From a bacterium (GTDB taxonomy: Bacteria; UBA8248): a stretch of DNA of 64,000 nucleotides. A program made the translations under genes and the position numbers. How positions within the stretch are numbered: the first letter of the stretch is position 1; each line of letters opens with the position of its first letter. Positions 18,833 through 26,757 of the stretch are shown here, piece by piece. Location of the stretch: NCBI GenBank assembly GCA_965207065.1, contig OZ242260.1, forward strand, positions 1,952,001 to 2,016,000, read 5' to 3'. The notes under the pieces are model-generated. The model was not told the origin of the DNA and did no database searches. It saw only the letters and a list, made by a program, of their open reading frames with translations.

Positions 18833-19761
18833 GCGCAGAGGGAGGGGGCGTGAAATTGCCGAAAAAGACAATCGCGTTGTTTGTGCTGATCCTGATCATC
18901 GTCTTTGGGGTCAACTCGCTGTTATTCACGGTTCGCGAAGACAGGCAGGTGGTCGTCACCCGGTTCGGTAAGCCCGTGCGTGTTTTGCGCGAAGCCGGCC
19001 TCAACTACCGGCTGCCGTTCGTGGAGCAGCTCACGTTTTTCGACCGTCGCCTGCTGGAGTACGATTCCAACCCGACGGAAATCATCACGCAGGACAAGAA
19101 ATCCCTCGTGGTGGATAATTTCTCGCGATGGCGCATCGTCGACCCGCTCCAGTTTTTGCGCACGGTCCGCAACGAAACGGGGGCGCAAGCCCGGCTCGAC
19201 GACATTATCTACAGTGAATTGCGCCAGGAACTCGGCCGCAAGGATTTGATCGACATCGTGGCCAAGGATCGCGCGCAGCTGATGGCCAAGGTCACGAAAG
19301 CAAGCGACAAGAAAGCGCGCGAATACGGCATCGAGATAGTGGACGTTCGCTTGAAGCGCGCAGACTTGCCGACGGAAAACTTGAAAGCGATTTACGGGCG
19401 CATGCAGGCCGAGCGCCAAAGAATCGCCCGCCAATACCGCTCGGAAGGAAAAGAGCAGGCCCAGAAGATTCGGGCGGAAACCAACCGTGAGCGCGACGTG
19501 CTCCTGGCGGAAGCCTATGAGAAAGAGCAAATCACCAAGGGCGAGGGCGACGCCAAGAGCATCGACATCAACGCGCAGGCGTTCGGTCAGGATGAGGAAT
19601 TCTACGCGTTCTTGAAGAGCCTGGAGGTGTATGAGGGCTCCCTGAAGGACAAGACGACCCTCGTGCTGCCCGCGAGCAGTGACTTCCTCCGGTTTCTGCA
19701 AGGATCGAAGAACAGAAACGCGAATAAATCCGAGGCGAAGCCCGAGAAAAAATCCGAATAA
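18829..19761 (+). CDS. hflC: FtsH protease modulator HflC
   Basis: SPFH domain, DVRLKRADLP, RMQAER, FYAFLKSLE. ATGA-coupled to hflK. Confidence 0.93.
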   Translation: MSAEGGGVKLPKKTIALFVLILIIVFGVNSLLFTVREDRQVVVTRFGKPVRVLREAGLNYRLPFVEQLTFFDRRLLEYDSNPTEIITQDKKSLVVDNFSRWRIVDPLQFLRTVRNETGAQARLDDIIYSELRQELGRKDLIDIVAKDRAQLMAKVTKASDKKAREYGIEIVDVRLKRADLPTENLKAIYGRMQAERQRIARQYRSEGKEQAQKIRAETNRERDVLLAEAYEKEQITKGEGDAKSIDINAQAFGQDEEFYAFLKSLEVYEGSLKDKTTLVLPASSDFLRFLQGSKNRNANKSEAKPEKKSE

Positions 19762-19779
19762 ATCCGGTTTCGGAATAGG

Positions 19780-19809
19780 AAAGCCCCCTCCCTGTGAGGG
19801 GGCTTTTTT
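19780..19809 (+). terminator. Intrinsic terminator after hflC
   Basis: AAAGCCCCCTC-CCTGT-GAGGGGGCTTT followed by a T run. Confidence 0.8.
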
Positions 19810-20066
19810 CGTGGTGCGTGGTTTCTGAAAAGCGCCTGATGCTTTTTCGGGCCTTTCAGAATCTTGGGGCCCCGCAGGGGGCCCCTTGGTGGGATAGGGG
19901 CATCCTCTGGAAGGAAAGGGCAGGCGATGCCCGGAAGGATGACTCTGCCGCCCGTCATCACGAACAACGTCAACGACTTGCCTGCAAAAATTACTTTTCC
20001 AGCGAAGATGAGGGGCGGATGCGCCTACCTGAACTCGTTGCGGAGTGACTATTTCTGCTACCCTTA
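19800..20066 (-). ncRNA. Candidate structured non-coding RNA or orphan leader
   Basis: Lies downstream of a near-consensus leftward promoter, with no credible ORF. Nested complementary segments CTGGAA/TTCCAG, GCAGGC/GCCTGC, GATGAC/GTCATC and GCATCC/GGATGC form a rod at about 19895-20030. Confidence 0.35.
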
Positions 20067-20072
20067 ATTATC

Positions 20073-20101
20073 AGTGTAGGTCGATTATTACCGATTGTCA
20101 A
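20073..20101 (-). promoter_or_regulatory. Sigma70-type promoter pointing left
   Basis: Minus strand TTGACA (20101-20096), 17-nt spacer, TACACT (20078-20073). Confidence 0.65.
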
Positions 20102-20109
20102 TAAATTTA

Positions 20110-20279
20110 GCACAAAATATAGCATATTTTTTTCCTGCTACACAAGATATTGGGTTGATAAGGCGATCTTACCCACAGGTTATCCAGATGGGGGCAATCA
20201 AATTAGCGCATATAAAGCAATCAGTTACGGAGATTCTATATATGGTGTCGCGATGAATTGTGGATACAATATCTTGAGA
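20110..20279. promoter_or_regulatory. Two pairs of NrdR-box-like palindromes with three DnaA-box-like 9-mers
   Basis: GCACAAAATATAGCAT 20110, ACACAAGATATTGGGT 20140, ATTCTATATATGGTGT 20233 and ATACAATATCTTGAGA 20264 fit acaCwAtATaTwGtgt, with pair spacings of 30 and 31. TTACCCACA 20169, TTATCCAGA 20180 and TGTGGATAC 20259 are each one mismatch from TTATCCACA. Confidence 0.6.
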
Positions 20280-20423
20280 TGAAAAAGGGCGTTTTCTGGT
20301 TGATTCCTGGATTGTCTCCGCTCGTTCAGGGTAGTAATCCGGCGTCCGAACACATCCGAAAGCGCGTGAAACGACGAGGCTGCGGATACCTCGCCGAAAC
20401 GTCTACCCAGGGGGAACCCCCCG

Positions 20424-20786
20424 CTATCCGTTTCTCAGGTAATCATCGCTCCCGTCGACCCAGTCTTCGCGGATGGGGCTGAAGATGTCGTAGTCTAACG
20501 CAGGTTCATCGCCCACGACTTCCACGGAATGGGGGACGTGCGGGGGGATGAGGAGCATTTCCCCCGGCCCGATTTCCACGGTCTCATCGTCGATGAAGAA
20601 GCGGAGCCTTCCCTGGAGGACGTGGGATATCTGCTCGTGCTCATGGCTGTGCATGGGCACCACGCAGCCGGGTTTGAGCTTGAGCCAGCAAATCATCTCC
20701 TTTTCGCCCACCACCATCTTTCGCGAAAGATGGTCGGTCACGATCTCCTCGGGCATCTCATCCCAACTGTATCTTTGGGCGCGCAT
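20424..20786 (-). CDS. Cupin domain protein
   Basis: PMHSHEHEQ...IPPHVPHSV...DIFSPIRED. AGGAG RBS. Confidence 0.9.
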   Translation of the reverse strand: MRAQRYSWDEMPEEIVTDHLSRKMVVGEKEMICWLKLKPGCVVPMHSHEHEQISHVLQGRLRFFIDDETVEIGPGEMLLIPPHVPHSVEVVGDEPALDYDIFSPIREDWVDGSDDYLRNG

Positions 20787-20848
20787 GGTTCATCTCCTTG
20801 GGGTCGGGTGTGATTCGCTTATGGAAGGCGGCGTAACCCGCCGGTGCG

Positions 20849-21127
20849 TTATTGCTTGTATTCGGGGAGCGTCCTGCTGAAACCCTCCCGCATCACACGG
20901 CCTTTCTTGAGCACGTAATAGCCCTCGCCATACCGGATGACGCTGGTGAGTGGGGGGATCCGGCATTCTTTCGAGATGATCAGGTTTTCCTGAGTCTCAT
21001 CGCGCGGGAGATAGCGCTCCGCGTCTTCATCGGACAGATGGATATCGCGGTTGCAGGCACCGGCCGCCTTTTCGTATTCGCCTTGCAGCTTGATGGTCTT
21101 GCATTCACAAGTAATCGCGTTGCTCAT
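20849..21127 (-). CDS. Small hypothetical protein with four Cys
   Basis: MSNAITCECK..., 92 aa, preceded by an AGGAG RBS. The ORF-track start at 21232 is probably too long. Confidence 0.6.
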   Translation of the reverse strand: MSNAITCECKTIKLQGEYEKAAGACNRDIHLSDEDAERYLPRDETQENLIISKECRIPPLTSVIRYGEGYYVLKKGRVMREGFSRTLPEYKQ

Positions 21128-21353
21128 CGAGGGTCTCCTGTGCTCATCGAGAGCCTTCTGGAAAAGTGAGCCTATGCTAAAAAGGGGGCCTCGCGGTGTC
21201 AAGACCGCCGGGGTGAAAATCGCAAAGATCATCGGCGCAAAGACTCGAGGAGGCCCGATTCGGTTTGAATTGTCCTCCCCGCAAGGGTATAAAAGGTCTG
21301 GTTTCGGGACTCATCATCTCAGGTTTTTCGTTTCATTCCAGGAGGGCGCATTC

Positions 21354-21854
21354 ATGCCACGTATGACGGACAAGATGATCGACTCGGGCGATCCATTCCC
21401 GAGCCTCGAGGTGGACCAGGCGGGGGGAGGCAAAATCTCCCTTCCCGGCGATCTCGCGGGCGATTGGGGAGTGGTTCTGCTCTACCGCGGACACTGGTGA
21501 CCGTACTGCAAGCAACAGCTTACGGCCTTCGACAGAGCGGCGAAGCTCAAAGAAGAAGGCGTCAAGGTTGTTGCAGCCTCCGTGGACACGGAGGAGAACG
21601 CGAAGGGAACGATTGAAGAGTGCGGCATCAACTTCCCCGTTGGCTATGGTTTGGACAACAAGCATATTTCCGAACTCACCGGTTGTTTCTATGAGGAAAA
21701 ACGCCAGATCATTCACAGCACGGGCTATGTCCTGAAGCCCGACGGTACGGTCGCCGTGGCCGTCTACAGCACGGGACCCATCGGCCGCCTCGTGTGGCAG
21801 GACGTGGTGGGTCTGGTGCAGTTCCAAAAGAAGATGATGGCCTCCCAGGGCTAG
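21354..21854 (+). CDS. Peroxiredoxin-like (AhpC/TSA, thioredoxin-fold) selenoprotein, UxxC, 166 aa
   Basis: GGAGG RBS and ATG 21354. Reads MPRMTDKMIDSGDPFP...GVVLLYRGHW-TGA(21498-21500)-PYCKQQL..., then continues in frame into ORF 21582..21854. SECIS-like hairpin at 21517-21547. Confidence 0.88.
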
Positions 21855-21867
21855 CGCGCATCTTTTG

Positions 21868-21901
21868 AACACCCCCTCGGGTTTCGAGGGGGTGTTTTTT
21901 T
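21868..21901 (+). terminator. Intrinsic terminator
   Basis: AACACCCCCTCG-GGTTT-CGAGGGGGTGTT followed by a T run. Confidence 0.8.
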
Positions 21902-22006
21902 GCGCGCACGTCCGGCGGGCCGGTTTTCAGAGCCTTTCATGGGATGTAACATCCCGGGCACATGAAACGGCCGCATTCATCAACTTGAACCGGATTGGAG
22001 CGCATC

Positions 22007-22537
22007 ATGCCGAAAGTGAACCAGTTCTTCCTCGACACCGGGGATGATTTCCCGAATCTCGAGATTCCCAGGGTGGGCGGCGGCAAAATCTCCCTGCCCG
22101 ATGACCTGCTGGGCGCGTGGGGCGTCGTGCTGTTCTACCGCAGTGATTGGTGACCCTACTGCGTCGCACAGATGGCGGCATTCTCCCGGGCGGGAGAAAG
22201 ACTCGAAGCAGAGGGCATCAAGGTCGTCTCGGCATCCACCGACCCCGAGGAGGAGGCGCTTCAGTCCATCGAAGCCGGCAAGGTGAATTTTCCGGTGGGC
22301 CACAGCGTGGACCCCGCGCAGATCTCGGAAGCGACGGGCGCTTTCTATGCACCCGAGGCGGGCGATAAGCCGAGGCCGTTTCTTCACGCCACCAACTTTC
22401 TGCTCTCACCGGACGGAAAGGTGAACATCTCGCTCTACAGCTCGGGCCCCCTGGGGCGTCTCGTCTGGCAGGACGTCATCCAGGCCGTGCAGTTCCGAAA
22501 GAAGCGGATGCAGGACGCCCAGGCGCAGCAGCAGTAG
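22007..22537 (+). CDS. Second peroxiredoxin-like selenoprotein, UxxC, 176 aa
   Basis: GGAG RBS and ATG 22007. Reads MPKVNQFFLDTGDDFP...GVVLFYRSDW-TGA(22151-22153)-PYCVAQM..., in frame with ORF 22172..22537. Hairpin TTCTCCC-GGGC-GGGAGAA at 22181-22198. Confidence 0.88.
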
Positions 22538-22539
22538 AG

Positions 22540-22572
22540 AAAAAAAGCCGGTGGGATGGCCCACCGGCTTTT
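22540..22572. terminator. Bidirectional intrinsic terminator
   Basis: A run, GCCGGTGGG-ATGG-CCCACCGGC, T run, between convergent genes. Confidence 0.8.
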
Positions 22573-22585
22573 CTCGTTCAGCTCG

Positions 22586-22972
22586 CTAGTTCTTGAGACG
22601 CTCGTACACCTCGTCCGCATCGGACGCCTTGTTGTAGTCCTGATCCAGCGTGCCGTCGCCGGCCGGGCTCTTGACCGCGAAGAATTTCGCCGGCCCCTCG
22701 GTGATGTGGATGCCGTGGCGCGTGTTTCTGGGAATATGCACCAGATCGCCTGCGCCGATCTCGCGTACCTCCTCACCGCAGATCATGTTCATCTTTCCCT
22801 CGAGCATCAGGATGTACTGCTCCTCGTTGGGATGAAAGTGCGGCGGCGGGCCGTCTCCCTGGGGATATATCACCCAGCCCACCTTCATCAACTCACCCGC
22901 CGTCGCGTGGCTGGTGGCGGGGCCTACTTTCGAGGAGCCTTGGGGCAAGTCTTCCATTCTGTAAAACGGCAT
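22586..22972 (-). CDS. Cupin domain protein
   Basis: PPPHFHPNEEQ...GDLVHIPRNTRHG. Confidence 0.9.
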   Translation of the reverse strand: MPFYRMEDLPQGSSKVGPATSHATAGELMKVGWVIYPQGDGPPPHFHPNEEQYILMLEGKMNMICGEEVREIGAGDLVHIPRNTRHGIHITEGPAKFFAVKSPAGDGTLDQDYNKASDADEVYERLKN

Positions 22973-23001
22973 TCAAAATCTCCTTGGTCTTGGATGTAAC
23001 C

Positions 23002-23394
23002 CTATAAGGTGGATTCCAGTTTTTCCCGCGCCTCGTCGGCGTCTTCGGCCTTGTTGTAGTCCTGATACAGGTCGCCGTCGCCGGCGGGGCTCTTCACCGT
23101 GAAGAAGGCGAACGGCCCCTCGGTGATGCGGAGGCCGTGGCGCTCGTTGCGGCGGATGTGCACCAGGTCGCCCGGGCCGACGACGCGGGTCTCATCCCCC
23201 AGGATCACGTTCGCCTCCCCCGACATCACCAGCAGGAACTGCTCCTCGTTCGGGTGGTAGTGAGGCGGCGGGCCGCCGTCCGCGGGATAGGTGATCATCC
23301 CGGCCTTCATGAGCTCACCGGCGACGCTTTGCGTTTGGGCCTTGCCCATGTCGATGTGCTTCGTTTCCATCTCGGATATTCTGTAAAATGGCAA
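23002..23394 (-). CDS. Cupin domain protein, tandem paralog of 22586..22972
   Basis: TTG start after AGGGAGG. (M)PFYRISEM...PPPHYHPNEEQ...GDLVHIRRNERHG...VKSPAGDG. The ORF track overextends it to 24045. Confidence 0.88.
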   Translation of the reverse strand: MPFYRISEMETKHIDMGKAQTQSVAGELMKAGMITYPADGGPPPHYHPNEEQFLLVMSGEANVILGDETRVVGPGDLVHIRRNERHGLRITEGPFAFFTVKSPAGDGDLYQDYNKAEDADEAREKLESTL

Positions 23395-23411
23395 GTCCAG
23401 GTTCCTCCCTT

Positions 23412-24092
23412 TCAATCGAGACGCGCGACCACGCGAGCGGGCGCACCCTCGATCCTGTAGAGTTTCATGGGAAATGCGAACATCTCGAATTCGGTCTCCT
23501 CGAAAGTATCGAGGTTGATGACGTGCTCGATGAGCGGAACGCCCCGGCCCAGCACGGCGCGGTGGCCGGGGGAGTCCTCGTGGTGCACCACGGAGTCGGG
23601 CTGCATGCCCGGGTCGATGGCGTGGTCCATGCAAAGGGCCTTCATGCCGCAATCGCAAAGAAAGCGGCACGCCTCCTTGTCGAGGTAGGGGTTGGGACCG
23701 AAGTAATCGGGCGTGAAAATCTTCTCCTTCGACCAGCCCGTCCACGAGACGGCGATGGCGCCGTCCAGGCGTTCTGCCTGAAATCCGGGACTCGATTCGA
23801 GCATCGCCTGCGTGATGGGGCTCGCCTCGCGCGCGGTTCCTCTCAAATCTATCTTCACGGCGCGGCCGCAGAAGGTCTCGAGCGGCATCTCGTCGATAGT
23901 GACGCCGTCGGGGTAGAAATGATTCGGCGCGTCCAGGTGCGTTCCCTGGTGGATCGCCATCCGGACCGCGCTGTTCTGCCGGCCGTGCGAGGGATGTTCG
24001 TGAAACTGCCAGTATTCCACCGGGGGAAAGGTCGGCACCTCGCAAAGGTCGGGATGCCCCAGGGGGGCGGTGAGGTCAATCAATCGGCTCAT
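23412..24092 (-). CDS. Cyclase family (kynurenine formamidase-like) metal hydrolase
   Basis: MSRLIDLT, HQGTHLDAP, GVPLIEH, EGAPARVVA. Confidence 0.9.
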   Translation of the reverse strand: MSRLIDLTAPLGHPDLCEVPTFPPVEYWQFHEHPSHGRQNSAVRMAIHQGTHLDAPNHFYPDGVTIDEMPLETFCGRAVKIDLRGTAREASPITQAMLESSPGFQAERLDGAIAVSWTGWSKEKIFTPDYFGPNPYLDKEACRFLCDCGMKALCMDHAIDPGMQPDSVVHHEDSPGHRAVLGRGVPLIEHVINLDTFEETEFEMFAFPMKLYRIEGAPARVVARLD

Positions 24093-24957
24093 GGGCTTCC
24101 TCCGTCGATTTGGCGACTGAAAGATGGTGCTTTCTGAAAAAATCATGGATGAGGGCGAGCACCGCCTCGGGCCTGTCCAGTTGCGCGTAGCGGCCCGCAC
24201 CTTCGATGATAAGGGATTCGCAACGGGGAATGCCGGCGGATAGGGTTTGAACGTCCTCGTGGTATTCGGGGTCTTCCTCGCCCGTGAGCGCGAGGGCGGG
24301 GCAGGCGACTTCGCCGAGGCGCTCCGTGAGGTCGGGTGCCAGAAGCTCCGCGTATCCCGCCGAGGCGTATCCCGAAGGGTCGCCCCGCAGGAACAGGCGG
24401 TGATGCTCGGCGCGCTCCCTCGGGATCATGCCCCTGGGTTCCCTGCCTTCGCTTTTCCTGTTCCGGTAGGCCTCCTGCATCTCGCCCGCCTCGGCCAGGT
24501 GGATGCGCTCGGCGACGCCTCTGCGCACGCTCTTGGCGGCGGGCGCCGCTCCCGTCGCGATGAGGATGAGCGCGCCCGGCAGGAGGGGTTGTTCGACCGC
24601 GAGCAGGAGCGCGGCCCGCGCGCCCAGGCCGTGCCCGACCAGGACGGGCCGGTTCAAGCCCAGGCGGATGGTGACGTGTCCGATGTCACCAGCCATCTCT
24701 TCGAGCGTGTATTTGCCCTTCGGACTCGAGGAGCGCCCGTGGCCCCTCGGCTCCATGGCGACCACGCGGTGCATGCTCGAGAGCGTGGGGACGATCTTGC
24801 GCCACACCCATGTCGCATCGCCCAGGCCCGGAATGCAGAGGACCGGCGTGCCGTCTCCTGATGACTCATAGCACAGGACGATTGCCTCATCCGCCCCGGG
24901 AGGGCTGATGTTCAGGTATCTCGCCGTGCGGGAGGACTCGCCTGCGATTCGGATCAT
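24076..24957 (-). CDS. Alpha/beta-hydrolase fold protein, apparently lacking the catalytic Ser and His
   Basis: RGHGRS present. Nucleophile elbow reads GHGLG, and the His motif reads GAGRYAQLDRP. Confidence 0.8.
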   Translation of the reverse strand: MIRIAGESSRTARYLNISPPGADEAIVLCYESSGDGTPVLCIPGLGDATWVWRKIVPTLSSMHRVVAMEPRGHGRSSSPKGKYTLEEMAGDIGHVTIRLGLNRPVLVGHGLGARAALLLAVEQPLLPGALILIATGAAPAAKSVRRGVAERIHLAEAGEMQEAYRNRKSEGREPRGMIPRERAEHHRLFLRGDPSGYASAGYAELLAPDLTERLGEVACPALALTGEEDPEYHEDVQTLSAGIPRCESLIIEGAGRYAQLDRPEAVLALIHDFFRKHHLSVAKSTEEAHEPID

Positions 24958-25715
24958 GCCTGGAGCGCTGCCAGTTCTTCAATCAGCCCGCGCAGGCGCG
25001 CGGATACGGCCTCGAAGTATTGCGCCCCGTTTTCCGCCGTGGCCGCCGTGGGCATGCCCGCTACCCCCGAGGGCGCGCGGTTTCTGTTGAAATCCACCGG
25101 GCGGAAGAGCATTCCGCGGTGATGCATGTCCTTCGTCCCCAGGGGATGGGGGTTCGCGTTGATTTGATCCACCGCCTCGTCCATGTTCACCAGGTCGGGG
25201 CGCAGGTGGAGCATCATGGCGGTTTCGAACTCCCCGCTGTGCGCCATGCCGCCGACGGGCGATTTTCTGATCTCGCCAGAGATTTCGTTTCCCAGATGGA
25301 AGTAGGTGATCATCCAGATGGCGAGCTCGATGTCGTAGCCGATGTCGTTCAGCGTGGCCTGGAGCGGCTGCACGTTGCCGCCGTGACCGTTCACGACGAA
25401 TATCTTTTTATACCCGTGATGGGCGACGGAGCGGATGATGTCCTTGATGAGGGCGACGTAGGTTTCCAGCCGCAAGGAAATGGTTCCCGGATACTCGAAA
25501 TGGTGGTGCGACGTGCCCGTCCACACCGTGCGGGTCAGCAGCACGTTGTCCAGGCCGTCCACCGCCTTTTTGCAGACGTTCTCACAAAGGAGCGTATCCA
25601 CCACGACGGGGCTGTGCGGACCGTGCTGTTCCATCGAGGCGAAGGGGATGACGACCACGGCCCCGTTTTGGGCCATTTCCTTGTGCTGCGGCCAACTGAG
25701 TTCTTCCCAAAGCAT
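24954..25715 (-). CDS. Creatininase/creatinine amidohydrolase family protein
   Basis: EQHGPHSP..D, SHHH..YPGT, NGHGGN, HSGEFET. Start placed at MLWEELSW. Confidence 0.9.
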   Translation of the reverse strand: MLWEELSWPQHKEMAQNGAVVVIPFASMEQHGPHSPVVVDTLLCENVCKKAVDGLDNVLLTRTVWTGTSHHHFEYPGTISLRLETYVALIKDIIRSVAHHGYKKIFVVNGHGGNVQPLQATLNDIGYDIELAIWMITYFHLGNEISGEIRKSPVGGMAHSGEFETAMMLHLRPDLVNMDEAVDQINANPHPLGTKDMHHRGMLFRPVDFNRNRAPSGVAGMPTAATAENGAQYFEAVSARLRGLIEELAALQA

Positions 25716-25880
25716 AGGGGCATCCTTCAAAATTGTGTGAGTGATGGGTAAGGCCTCAAGCCTCTCAGGTTTTTCCGCATCCGGCAAGAGCCGAGCCTCA
25801 AGCGCGGGAAACACTTCCCCCGCTTGCCAGCGGTTCCGATTCGTGGTCTTTTAGGGGCCGCGAGAAAAACGGATGGAGAA

Positions 25881-26387
25881 ATGCAAGTGTATTCGACCGA
25901 TCAGATGAGAGAAGACGAGCACTGGATGGAAGAGGCGCTGGCGCTGGCCCGGATGGCCGAGGAGGCGGGCGACGTGCCCGTAGGCGCGCTGGTGGTGCGC
26001 GAGGGCAGGGTGCTGGGGCGTGGTTACAACAGGCGGGAGGCCGCCTGCGACCCCACCGCGCACGCGGAAGTCCTGGCGCTCAGAGAAGCCGCCGAGACCG
26101 ACGGCATCTGGCGGCTCGACGGCGCGACCTTGTACGTCACCCTGGAGCCGTGCCCGATGTGCGCGGGCGCGGTCGTCAACTCGCGGATCGCGCGGCTCGT
26201 CTTCGGGGCCACGGACCCCAAGGGCGGGGCCTGCGGTTCTTTGTTCGACATTCCCTCGGACCCGCGCGTGAACCACCGCGTGCCGATAACCTCGGGCATA
26301 CTGGCCGAGGAGAGCGGCGCCATGCTGCGCGCCTTTTTCGAGGAGCGACGCCGCATCGCCCGCGAGGCGAGACAGGCCGCGCGCTGA
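25881..26387 (+). CDS. tadA: tRNA adenosine(34) deaminase
   Basis: DVPVGA, DPTAHAE, LYVTLEPCPMCAGA, DPKGGA..S, NHR. Followed by tRNA-Ser. Confidence 0.92.
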   Translation: MQVYSTDQMREDEHWMEEALALARMAEEAGDVPVGALVVREGRVLGRGYNRREAACDPTAHAEVLALREAAETDGIWRLDGATLYVTLEPCPMCAGAVVNSRIARLVFGATDPKGGACGSLFDIPSDPRVNHRVPITSGILAEESGAMLRAFFEERRRIAREARQAAR

Positions 26388-26402
26388 AGATACGATCCAT
26401 AC

Positions 26403-26494
26403 GGAGAGGTGGCCGAGTCCGGTTTAAGGCGGCAGACTCGAAATCTGTTGTGCAGGTAACTGCACCGGGGGTTCGAATCCCTCCCTCTCCGCCA
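26403..26494 (+). tRNA. tRNA-Ser (anticodon CGA)
   Basis: GGAGAGG/CCTCTCC acceptor stem, anticodon arm GCAGA-CTCGAAA-TCTGT, long variable arm GTGCAG-GTAA-CTGCAC, GGTTCGAATCC, discriminator G plus CCA. Confidence 0.95.
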
Positions 26495-26495
26495 T

Positions 26496-26541
26496 ATTCA
26501 TACGGGCAGGCACAGGCGGGAAATTCGAGTTTCTCGCAGCC
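26496..26541 (+). repeat. Single unit of the 44-47 bp repeat family directly after the tRNA
   Basis: ATTCATACGGGCAGG...TTCTCGCAGCC matches units at 34757-34891. Confidence 0.75.
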
Positions 26542-26757
26542 TTTTTCTATATTCGCGCTTCGTCCGCCAGAGAATCCACCACTTCGATATCCGTCGCGTC
26601 GAAGTTCACCCGGGCGATTGTTCCTGCACCCAGCGCGCAGACGCATCTTCGCTGCTGAATTCATGAAAATTCGATAATTCAATCTCTCGATTCCTTCCTC
26701 GAACAAGCTGCGGGCGCAATGCGGCTCTCGGGATATCCGGAGACATCCGGCGGACGA

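Noticed and set aside
20068-20290. Chromosomal replication origin
   Set aside because: Only three imperfect DnaA boxes, and no dnaA, dnaN, gidA or parAB nearby. Kept only as a regulatory finding.
26403-26494. tRNA-Sec to serve the selenoproteins
   Set aside because: The anticodon is CGA, not TCA, and the acceptor stem is the normal 7 bp, so it is tRNA-Ser.
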